A stretch of 57,283 nt of DNA from a virus (lineage: Duplodnaviria > Caudoviricetes): the IMG/VR virus record IMGVR_UViG_3300017914_001352, positions 1 through 57,283 of that record; one strand, given 5' to 3'. The notes beneath the pieces were generated by a model. That model searched no databases and was not told where the DNA came from. It saw only the letters and a list, made by a program, of their open reading frames with translations. The translations under genes were made by a program, and so were the position numbers. This document shows, in pieces, positions 17,347 through 25,001 of this stretch. Every line of letters starts with the position of its first letter. Positions within the stretch are counted from its first letter, which is position 1.

Positions 17347-17410
17347 AATGCCTAATCTTTTTCTATTCCATATTCTTCTAAATCTCTATAGCAAAGGTCA
17401 ATGATATCCA

Positions 17411-17818
17411 TCATATAAATATTAAGAGTACTCTTCTATTCCCGGTATGTGGGTCTACCTTGTGTTGTATGTCCGATGAATGTGAGATCAGTTCGTATAT
17501 TTCCCGGTCAACCTTTCCCCACTTGTAATGGGTATCTCCTCCTTCAAAGTCATTAGATAGTAAAACACTAGCACCCACTTGACACCAAGCCATATGACCT
17601 CTATTGCCTTTATCTACATGCCAGTCATGTCCCTTTGGTTCTATCTCTACTCTCCAAAAAGACTTGTCACAAATCTCAACTTCATAATAATCACACAAGA
17701 GCTTTACTATCCTCGACACAACATCGGGGGTGTCTCTTCTCTTTAGAAACGCATTGGACATTTCTTTATCCAAGGCACTAGCCTCTTCAGGTGTAATTAT
17801 GTTTTTGAAGTTTTTCAC
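17411..17818 (-). CDS. 2OG-Fe(II) oxygenase (prolyl-hydroxylase-like fold)
   Basis: WHVD facial-triad start, SVLLSNDFEGGD, HKVDP..GNRRVLLIF. Confidence 0.8.
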   Translation of the reverse strand: MKNFKNIITPEEASALDKEMSNAFLKRRDTPDVVSRIVKLLCDYYEVEICDKSFWRVEIEPKGHDWHVDKGNRGHMAWCQVGASVLLSNDFEGGDTHYKWGKVDREIYELISHSSDIQHKVDPHTGNRRVLLIFI

Positions 17819-17898
17819 TTTTTCTTATTCGTCATTAAGGCGAAAAAAACAGACACTCCAAAAAGGAGTATCAATACTAATACTTGAAAATCTATCAT
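17815..17898 (-). CDS. 27-aa membrane peptide MIDFQVLVLILLFGVSVFFALMTNKKK
   Basis: Hand translation; GTGA coupling with the oxygenase start. Confidence 0.45.
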   Translation of the reverse strand: MIDFQVLVLILLFGVSVFFALMTNKKK

Positions 17899-17967
17899 CT
17901 CTCTTTGGTGTTAAAGGTTTCGTAAGGTTATAGCCTTACCGAAATCAAATCTCGTGAGGTTATACCC

Positions 17968-18294
17968 TTACTTTTTAGTTTCCACTTCTTCTCTATGTTC
18001 TTCTATTGTCCACTTCAATTGAGCCAACTCAACAGTGGTCAAAGAGTTAATCATCTCTATCCGTTCTTGTAGAGCCGTGAACAGTTCACTTGTCTTTGGA
18101 TCAGCATCAACTGTCCCCAAGGGCTTTCTGATCATAAACTCGATCTTCTTTTCGAGGGTGTTCATCATCTTCTTAACATCGTGCTTGTAAAGGGATGTGC
18201 CCTTGAAATCATCCATAGCATCGAGTGATGCCTGGTAAAGGACTAGTAGTTTTACTGCGTCCTGGAATACTTTAAATTCTTTTTCTCTTGACAT
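17968..18294 (-). CDS. Hypothetical helical protein (likely start MSREKEFK)
   Basis: ORF track 17968..18321. Confidence 0.6.
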   Translation of the reverse strand: MSREKEFKVFQDAVKLLVLYQASLDAMDDFKGTSLYKHDVKKMMNTLEKKIEFMIRKPLGTVDADPKTSELFTALQERIEMINSLTTVELAQLKWTIEEHREEVETKK

Positions 18295-18304
18295 AATTAA
18301 TTGG

Positions 18305-18454
18305 TTAGCATTCATTAGCACAAGCCTCTATACACGCTTCGCAGCAATCGCACAAAGTCTCTATATCTTGCTCGTGTTTTTCTCTATATGGGCATGTGTG
18401 TTTGAAGTCCAAAGAACCACAACTACACATCCCGGTTGTTATCTTGTAAGTCAT
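18305..18454 (-). CDS. 49-aa Cys-rich metal-binding protein (9 Cys)
   Basis: Hand translation MTYKITTGMCSCGSLDFKHTCPYREKHEQDIETLCDCCEACIEACANEC. Confidence 0.55.
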   Translation of the reverse strand: MTYKITTGMCSCGSLDFKHTCPYREKHEQDIETLCDCCEACIEACANEC

Positions 18455-18489
18455 AATCGTCCCAATATAGGAAGATGTATCGAGGGTCT

Positions 18490-18780
18490 CTATTTAGAGA
18501 ACCTTTCTGCGAATCCTCCTCCGTAATCTTTTTCTTCCGAGATTTCTCCACTGTTCTTCAAATCTTTTACCATCTGCTCTAGGCGTTGTCTTTCAATGAT
18601 TAGTTCCTTACAATCCACCGCCGTTTGCTTTATAGATTGTAATTCGGCTTTTCTTTGTGTACCACCAATCTCTGGGTCAATTGGTTTTCTGATCTCGCCA
18701 ATCATATTTTCGATAGCCACCTCCATACTCTTCATGAGTTTCTCGGAAGCCCCGATCGTGGTAAATTCCTTTTTAGCCAT
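18490..18780 (-). CDS. Conserved helical protein, possible terminase small subunit
   Basis: Coiled-coil, C-terminal GGFAERFSK, upstream of TerL; function is inference only. Confidence 0.45.
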   Translation of the reverse strand: MAKKEFTTIGASEKLMKSMEVAIENMIGEIRKPIDPEIGGTQRKAELQSIKQTAVDCKELIIERQRLEQMVKDLKNSGEISEEKDYGGGFAERFSK

Positions 18781-19354
18781 AGATCAGTTCTAGATCAGAC
18801 ATCTTCATTCGCCAATACTTCTTTCCCTCGATCTCGATCTCGTAGTCCGAGTTTTTAGAAAAGCGCACCCGATCCCCCTTGCGGAGTCCGTTAACCTTCA
18901 TCTCATCCGTTAGCATCGTAATGATACCATCGGTGTTTTGCTCCTCTTCAAAAGTTATAATCTCTAATACATCACTCTTGAGTTTTGACTCGGCAACGAT
19001 TGGCTCAAGTAAAACCCAATTGCTCATAGGACGAATCTCTCCATCCTTATCCTTGTAAGCAAATGCTTGGGACTGATATGGGTCTTCCGGGTGGTAACGC
19101 ACCTGGTAGATATCATCCCCCTCATAAGAAAACCTTTGACTTTTCTCCATCACGACATGATGATGGAAGTAGATAGTATCACCCTCCTCACATGGACAGT
19201 CATACTTTAGTGGAGTCTTTACAACTTCGCCCTCCATGACTCGGTTACCAAACTCATCAAACTTGGTGATCAGTTTAAGCTCCTCGCCGTTCAATTTGAA
19301 TGTATCCTTGAATCGCTTGGGTAAACGAATAAGGATAGTGGTCATCGTTCTCAC
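18773..19354 (-). CDS. GroES-like co-chaperonin (two tandem Cpn10-like domains)
   Basis: GEVVKTP...GDTIYFHH and IRPMSNWVLLEP...GDRVRF...EIEIEGKKYWRM. Confidence 0.75.
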   Translation of the reverse strand: MRTMTTILIRLPKRFKDTFKLNGEELKLITKFDEFGNRVMEGEVVKTPLKYDCPCEEGDTIYFHHHVVMEKSQRFSYEGDDIYQVRYHPEDPYQSQAFAYKDKDGEIRPMSNWVLLEPIVAESKLKSDVLEIITFEEEQNTDGIITMLTDEMKVNGLRKGDRVRFSKNSDYEIEIEGKKYWRMKMSDLELIYG

Positions 19355-19581
19355 TAGAAATTTAAATTATATTCAACTACGACGGGAAGTCCTTCTATGT
19401 TTTTCCATAACATAACTCCCTCATCTCCTGTTAAATATATTAAATATCTTCTAATATTATGTCTAACTAAATATTTTTCATCAACAATGATGCTGTCGAT
19501 TTTCATTTTGCCTACTTTCATTCCTACATAGTAAGCCATAGCATCTTTTGGATTGATGCCTACAATAATCTTTCTGATCAT
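19354..19581 (-). CDS. Conserved hypothetical phage protein
   Basis: MIRKIIVGINPKDAMAYYVG; operon packing. Confidence 0.65.
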   Translation of the reverse strand: MIRKIIVGINPKDAMAYYVGMKVGKMKIDSIIVDEKYLVRHNIRRYLIYLTGDEGVMLWKNIEGLPVVVEYNLNF

Positions 19582-19586
19582 ACAAT

Positions 19587-19886
19587 TTAATTTACCCTAT
19601 TGATCCACCAATCAATAGTTCCCTCTTCGGGGTTTTCGTTTTCTTCGATCTCTTGACAAATCATCGTATCAAGAAAATCTAGTCCATTAATTAAAACTTC
19701 TTCACTAGGTGCTTGAGTATCATATATCGCTTCAACACGATTGGTTACTTCATTATAAAGACCAGCCATAGCAATAAAGACGACCTCGTCATCAAGCTCA
19801 AGTTCTTCCGCAACTACCCGTAATGTTCCCAAGACATCGTTGCATAGTGATAAAAATTCCTCTCGCCTACTTTGATGGTCGTGCAT
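19587..19886 (-). CDS. Acidic hypothetical protein; first gene of the minus-strand arm
   Basis: ORF track; TATATTTG promoter at 19911-19918. Confidence 0.6.
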   Translation of the reverse strand: MHDHQSRREEFLSLCNDVLGTLRVVAEELELDDEVVFIAMAGLYNEVTNRVEAIYDTQAPSEEVLINGLDFLDTMICQEIEENENPEEGTIDWWINRVN

Positions 19887-19926
19887 TTTCCCGTAGTTTA
19901 GTACCTAAAGCAAATATAATTTATTT

Positions 19927-20334
19927 ATGAATAAATCTCTAGAGGTTGCTTACGACTGGACCCTATATAAAGCAAAATATAAAATCACTAAAACTAGGGA
20001 GCGCAAGAACATTGTGTACAAGTATGCGTACATAAATGCACTCAAGCCTTTCCTAGGATGTAGTGAAGTTGGAAGGATTATAGATTGCAACCACGCAACT
20101 GTTCTTCATGCTTGGCGTGTCCACGACACCAACCTAAAATGGTCGCAAGACCGAAACCTTTACGAGGACATGTACGATATATGTGTCGCTCGAATAAGTG
20201 AAGCGATCGGGGAACATTGTGACCCACTTCTTTTTCGTACTAAAGGAGAACTGATCAAGATGATACGGGGTCTCCAACTTCAATTAAGCCTATATGCCGA
20301 AGAGCCATGTTTCACCCTCGAAGAAGTTTCGTGA
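19927..20334 (+). CDS. DnaA C-terminal-like HTH DNA-binding protein
   Basis: TRERKNI...SEVGRIIDCNHATVLHA matches the DnaA domain IV pattern. Confidence 0.65.
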   Translation: MNKSLEVAYDWTLYKAKYKITKTRERKNIVYKYAYINALKPFLGCSEVGRIIDCNHATVLHAWRVHDTNLKWSQDRNLYEDMYDICVARISEAIGEHCDPLLFRTKGELIKMIRGLQLQLSLYAEEPCFTLEEVS

Positions 20335-20710
20335 CTTTAGTCACCAACCAGAGAGGTACATAAAGCAGAACCACCTGAAATCTATTTCCATAGTCTATCG
20401 GAAGTTTAAGGAGCAGTTTAAGTTATCTCGACCAGAGATTGATTTCATGCTCTTCATATACGACCTAGAGTTTTTCACCATCGATTGGGTATGCGATCAG
20501 TACGATCAATCCAAAAAGCAACTACCCGGAAAAATACTCTACCCACTTCTTAAAAAAGAATACATATACAAACACTTCGACAAGCTCACTCCGAAGAAGG
20601 ATGTCCTTGGACAAATGTTTAGATCAGAGACGAAGTACAACTATCGTGTCCGTTATGCCCTTTCACAAAAAGGTAGACTAATGGTGCAAAGATTCTATAA
20701 CGAGTTATGA
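20294..20710 (+). CDS. Winged-helix (MarR-like) protein
   Basis: LSRPEIDFMLFIY...LLKKEYI...RYALSQKGR. Confidence 0.6.
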   Translation: MPKSHVSPSKKFRDFSHQPERYIKQNHLKSISIVYRKFKEQFKLSRPEIDFMLFIYDLEFFTIDWVCDQYDQSKKQLPGKILYPLLKKEYIYKHFDKLTPKKDVLGQMFRSETKYNYRVRYALSQKGRLMVQRFYNEL

Positions 20711-21255
20711 CATCCCTAGAAATACCACAGTCCCTAAAAGACTTTTGTTGGGACATACTAAAAGAACACAACCTCGGAGAAAGACATTCTTTCAATGGGA
20801 GCAAAGAAGATCAGTACCTCGGTCTGCTAGGGGAATATATGACCGCTCTGATCCTACAACTACCCGTGGAATTTAAACCTGGGTTTGACGGGGGTTACGA
20901 CCTTCTATATAATGGGTACAAGATCGATGTCAAAACAATGGGGAGAACAGTAGACCCTAAACCACATTATGTAAACAACTTCCTAGGATATCAAGAAAAG
21001 CTCGAATGCGACCTCTTAATGTTTTGTTCTATAAATAAGAAGACTAGCGTGTACACACTATGTGGTTGGATATTTAAAACCGAGTTCCTAGAAGTAGCCG
21101 ATTACTTCCCCATAGGAGAAAAAAGAAAAAGGGATGATGGATCAGTATTAACTATCCAAGCCCCCCTTTACGAAATCAAGAACTCTCAATTAAGAACAGT
21201 TCATACAAACAAGATCAAGTCTCCTGACTCGACATCGTCCCAGAAGTCACAATAA
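20707..21255 (+). CDS. PD-(D/E)XK restriction-endonuclease-fold protein
   Basis: GLLGE...DGGYD...IDVKT catalytic signature. Confidence 0.65.
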   Translation: MTSLEIPQSLKDFCWDILKEHNLGERHSFNGSKEDQYLGLLGEYMTALILQLPVEFKPGFDGGYDLLYNGYKIDVKTMGRTVDPKPHYVNNFLGYQEKLECDLLMFCSINKKTSVYTLCGWIFKTEFLEVADYFPIGEKRKRDDGSVLTIQAPLYEIKNSQLRTVHTNKIKSPDSTSSQKSQ

Positions 21256-21942
21256 CATTGACCTCCTTCTTGTCCACACTCGCACATATTTCCCCCATTA
21301 AAAATTAGACATACTATCCCCTAATACAACTTCCTATACCAGGGTTCAACCTACATACTTGATTTTGTCGGTGGCTCCCAAAAGCCATCCGCCATGCTTG
21401 TATAATTGAGTAAAACAAAGTTACAACTTATTTTTGATAAAGTCAAGTCCCAAATGAGACAAATGATACTTCTTGTCTGGCTTAACTGCCCTTAAAAAAA
21501 ATACCCGATCACAGCCGATCAATTATTTGCCAGAGTCCTAAAGACCGGGGGGATTATACGCTACATGACGGCGTTCGGTCGTAGAACCCAAAACGATTAT
21601 CCGAACCCACCCCCCAAGTGTGAGATTCCGAATCCGAAAAACATTTGGCGTTTTACCATCTAATGCGTTGTGGATCAGGCGTTTGTACCTCTTCACCTAC
21701 ACGATTACTTGAACTCATGTATGGTATCGTATTGCACCCAAGGACATTGCGAATCTAGGGCGCACACCCCTCCTTGGTTGACAATCACACCCCCCTCCCT
21801 AACTACTTCAAGAATATATCTTATTGGGTATCACATGCTTACCCCCCTTGTAGTAAATTATTGGTATAGGTGATTGGTGCTAACTACCTATAAAACAGTT
21901 TGTTCGAGACCAGGAATAAATTATCGGCGCGTACTATGATTT

Positions 21943-22060
21943 ATATCCTACATGAACTATATTGTGGGTGTACCAATCGGTACGATGTTCTTTGACATAT
22001 GGGCATTTTTCTAACCACCTATGGAGGGTTCTCCTTCATGGGCTAAATCTTTATTTTATT
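21943..22060 (+). promoter_or_regulatory. Early leader 1: ATATCCTAC box, TATATTG -7-like element, hairpin, GTTCTTTGACAT boxA-like element, second hairpin
   Basis: Most of the architecture (not the ATATCCTAC box) is repeated at 23220-23314. Confidence 0.65.
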
Positions 22061-22717
22061 ATGAGACATTTCAATTTGTCATCGATGATTAATTCATCAC
22101 TCGAAACCTACCAACAAGTCGTTGGTGAAATCGCAAAAGAGATTGTAAAAACTAGGAAGTTATCCGACAAAGAATTTGTCACCATTGATGACCTTGTGAC
22201 CAAGGATTTTGGTAATGAATTCTATGTGGATTTAAACGAGCTTCAACGAGCGGAAAACATGTTGAATGAATTCCTGGTCGAAGCAAAAGGTCTTGATGAA
22301 GACCAAGTGCAAGGAGCAATTTCCGATAACGCAACCTTCTTTTGTGAGTTGGGTGAAAAATCAAATTACTTGATAAGAGTCTTTAAGAGATTGGAACATG
22401 CAATGCGACACAACCAATTGTTAGATATTGAGAATGCACCAACGATTATTGACTACGGATTACATCCATTAGATGCAAGGGAATTGCGTGAAGGAGGATT
22501 GGAACATGATGACCTTCATGACTTTCAATTATTCCAAGCCTTCATCAACTCGATTGAGTTGGGTAAGAATGTACATGACCTTGAAATCATGTTTGATGTA
22601 CGACCAATGTCGGAGAAATTCGATGCGCTAGGCAATAGAGTTGAGTTCGACATGGAGACCATGGGCATAGCCAATGACAAACTCACAAAAGAACTTAAAA
22701 TGGGCATGGATTTATGA
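22061..22717 (+). CDS. Acidic early hypothetical protein (likely start MRHFNLSS)
   Basis: ORF track 21962..22717; ATG 22061 follows an AT-rich TIR, and the upstream part is the regulatory leader. Confidence 0.65.
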   Translation: MRHFNLSSMINSSLETYQQVVGEIAKEIVKTRKLSDKEFVTIDDLVTKDFGNEFYVDLNELQRAENMLNEFLVEAKGLDEDQVQGAISDNATFFCELGEKSNYLIRVFKRLEHAMRHNQLLDIENAPTIIDYGLHPLDARELREGGLEHDDLHDFQLFQAFINSIELGKNVHDLEIMFDVRPMSEKFDALGNRVEFDMETMGIANDKLTKELKMGMDL

Positions 22718-22797
22718 TGTGCTTGGTTCTGATCGTTATCCTCGTACCAATCCTCATGGAATTGGGCGATGCAATCCAAATCTTTAAAAGAAAATAA
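22714..22797 (+). CDS. 27-aa hydrophobic peptide MMCLVLIVILVPILMELGDAIQIFKRK
   Basis: Hand translation; ATGA coupling; exactly fills the gap to 22800. Confidence 0.45.
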   Translation: MMCLVLIVILVPILMELGDAIQIFKRK

Positions 22798-22799
22798 TC

Positions 22800-23066
22800 A
22801 TGACACAAGAAGAAAAAAATGCAATGTGGAGGTTCATTATGGTGAACCTTGATGAAGTGCTAGAAGATATTCTTCACGAGAAAGCAATAAGGTACATGGA
22901 TGACCTTGATGAAATCATCAAAGACAAACATCGAGTCGATGGACAATACGAATGTGATTTAAGTCTAGATGAATTCTTGAGTGAATACCATGAGAAACTC
23001 ACATTATCTCAATACAACGAAGGAATGGCTATCCTTGATGCCTTCGGAGTTGTACGGAGATACTAG
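22800..23066 (+). CDS. Acidic early hypothetical protein
   Basis: ORF track; followed by a terminator. Confidence 0.65.
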   Translation: MTQEEKNAMWRFIMVNLDEVLEDILHEKAIRYMDDLDEIIKDKHRVDGQYECDLSLDEFLSEYHEKLTLSQYNEGMAILDAFGVVRRY

Positions 23067-23071
23067 GAACT

Positions 23072-23099
23072 AACCCTCACCATCGGTGGGGGTTTTTTT
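23072..23099 (+). terminator. Intrinsic terminator (CCCTCACC-ATC-GGTGGGGG-T7)
   Basis: Hairpin plus T-tract. Confidence 0.8.
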
Positions 23100-23219
23100 A
23101 TGTCCTAAACCTTGGAATCAAACGATCATGTGCTTCACCCTCAAACCCCCATAAACACTAGATTTTATTCCGAGCTTTGCTCCTCTGGGCGGTCTTGTTG
23201 CATAATTCAATAGAAGGTG

Positions 23220-23314
23220 CTATATTGGGGTATCGCCACGGCGGTGATGTTCTTTGACATGTGGGCAACTAAATCTAACCGCTCCTCCTAGGAGGGGCAT
23301 AAATCTTTATTGTT
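23220..23314 (+). promoter_or_regulatory. Early leader 2: TATATTG, hairpin, GATGTTCTTTGACAT, TCTAACC, hairpin, TAAATCTTTATT
   Basis: Sequence repeat of leader 1. Confidence 0.65.
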
Positions 23315-23998
23315 ATGAAAACGATTAATGAATTGTTCACCTACTTGAAGGTGATGAACGCACAAGGCTTCAATGGTAAGAAAACAACCATGAAGATGAT
23401 TGCAATCTTGAACGGCAAGAATGAAGAGAAGAAGGCGGTGTTGAAATTAAAGATGCTTGAAAGCGGTGCGGACAAGTACACTGTAAATTTCCTTGACCAT
23501 GATATCGCTAGACATGTGGCTTCATTAGAGGTAAAAGGGTTACTACCTAAACTACCATCTAACATGAGCGGTCACTACGATACCAACTTCAAATCTTACA
23601 AGGATAGAGGACTCATCACTTACAATCGAGAAGGTGTGAAAATCACAAAACTTGGTCTCCAATATTTGGATGAACCAAAGGAGTACAAGAAGGCAAGAAA
23701 GGAGCAACTTGCTATTCAAAAAGCAAGGCGAGAAGGTTACGAAATTGGGAAAAGAAATGTGTACCAAACATATTCTACCAACTACAATTTCATCTTCGGA
23801 AGATTGCTAGAACGAATGGTTGAATTGGAAGAAAAGCACCGATTATATTCTTGTGATATGGTGCGTGACCAAGATGCACTATTTGAGATTCAAGAGGAAC
23901 TTTTAGATATCATGATTGCAATGAGCAATTACACAAATAGAGTTCAACTTCATCGAGATTTACCTTACTTATTTACACGACAAAAGGTGCTTAAGTAA
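23315..23998 (+). CDS. Early protein with internal winged-helix (Mrr-N-like) domain
   Basis: GHYDTNFKSYKDRGLI...KITKLGLQYLD; similar to 26125..26496. Confidence 0.6.
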   Translation: MKTINELFTYLKVMNAQGFNGKKTTMKMIAILNGKNEEKKAVLKLKMLESGADKYTVNFLDHDIARHVASLEVKGLLPKLPSNMSGHYDTNFKSYKDRGLITYNREGVKITKLGLQYLDEPKEYKKARKEQLAIQKARREGYEIGKRNVYQTYSTNYNFIFGRLLERMVELEEKHRLYSCDMVRDQDALFEIQEELLDIMIAMSNYTNRVQLHRDLPYLFTRQKVLK

Positions 23999-24012
23999 GA
24001 GTTCAAAACTAG

Positions 24013-24044
24013 ACCCTCATCGAGAAATCGGTGGGGGTTTTTTT
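24013..24044 (+). terminator. Intrinsic terminator (CCCTCATCGA-GAAA-TCGGTGGGGG-T7)
   Basis: Hairpin with GNRA loop plus T-tract. Confidence 0.8.
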
Positions 24045-24270
24045 GTGCCCAAGGTCGTGCGCCTGATCGGTGGATGCCGACCAATATTTGATGTTTTTGG
24101 ATGAGTTGGAGCGGTTCGTTGGCTTCATGTTGGCTTGGATTTTTCCGCCTCGAATTGATGGACTTTTGGAGGAGGATTTTCCGACCGCCAAGGCGACCTC
24201 TGGACTGTACTTTTTCAAGATCGTGAGCTTGGACAAAATCGCCCCATGAAATAGCCCCCATATTATTTAA

Positions 24271-24310
24271 AGTGAGAGAGAGTGAGAGTGAGAGAGAGAG
24301 AGAGAGTGAG
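24271..24310. repeat. (GA)n/GAGT microsatellite, ~40 nt; shorter copy at 24911-24922
   Basis: agtgagagagagtgagagtgagagagagagagagagtgag. Confidence 0.9.
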
Positions 24311-24314
24311 GAGC

Positions 24315-24344
24315 AAAAAAAAGCCCCACCGATTGGTGAGGCTT
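24315..24344 (-). terminator. Intrinsic terminator of the inverted gene (GCCTCACC-AATC-GGTGGGGC-T8)
   Basis: Hairpin plus T-tract on the minus strand. Confidence 0.8.
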
Positions 24345-24348
24345 ATCT

Positions 24349-24696
24349 TTAGTCTTCATCTTCTTCCATTAACTCGGTTATGAGTTTTATGGATTCATAA
24401 AGAATACCACCTTGTACATCTACTATGAATACGGATTGAACATATGGGGGCATGAGGGCATCCATCACTGCATTGGTGGATTCTTCCGTAAGTCCTCCAA
24501 ACTCATTGAAGTCGTAGAAGTCATCTATTATCTCTTTTAATTGCTCGATGGTTAAGCCATTATTCCTTTCGTAGAAATTGGCTACACTATGGAAGAAGTG
24601 TTTATTGTCGAACATGGAAAACATTACATCACTTACTCCTCTAGTGACTACCGCATCTTGAAGTATACGGATGTTGATACTGCTGATCTTACTCAT
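24349..24696 (-). CDS. Acidic hypothetical protein in a stand-alone inverted transcription unit
   Basis: ORF track; own promoter (TTG..TATGTTTA, ~24721-24750) and terminator. Confidence 0.65.
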   Translation of the reverse strand: MSKISSINIRILQDAVVTRGVSDVMFSMFDNKHFFHSVANFYERNNGLTIEQLKEIIDDFYDFNEFGGLTEESTNAVMDALMPPYVQSVFIVDVQGGILYESIKLITELMEEDED

Positions 24697-24945
24697 AATA
24701 AAGAATTTTAGTTAGTGGTATAAACATAAATAAAATATCCTACACCACAATGGAGTAAGCCGAAAAAAAATATTAATCGACTCATGGGCGAACACGCTTT
24801 ACCTCAACTAACACTTTAACCAGAGAGGGTTAAAAGCCTGGTCTTCAGGTGTTTTAGGCAACCCTAATTATAGGTTAAACGATGTACCAATATGGTACAC
24901 ACATATATATAGAGAGAGAGTGGGAGGATATTTTTATCCCAAGTG

Positions 24946-24976
24946 TTGCATATTAAATATATCCTACTTACATTTA
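24946..24976 (+). promoter_or_regulatory. Promoter of the early/replication operon: TTG(-33)...ATATCCTAC...TACATTTA(-7)
   Basis: Bacteroidota-type spacing; followed by CACTAACTAAAATT leader. Confidence 0.55.
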
Positions 24977-25001
24977 CCTCACTAACTAAAATTTATTTGT
25001 C

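Noticed and set aside
17900-17967. Hairpin-rich stretch as a possible tRNA
   Set aside because: No T-loop GTTC or D-loop in a cloverleaf arrangement; no tRNA could be supported anywhere in the window
21670-21873. 67-aa ORF in the intergenic region
   Set aside because: GTG start without an AT-rich TIR; low-complexity C-runs; no recognisable motif
23965-24261. Minus-strand ORFs 23965..24261 and 24009..24236
   Set aside because: They run through a terminator, have atypical composition and no clear initiation region; probably non-coding
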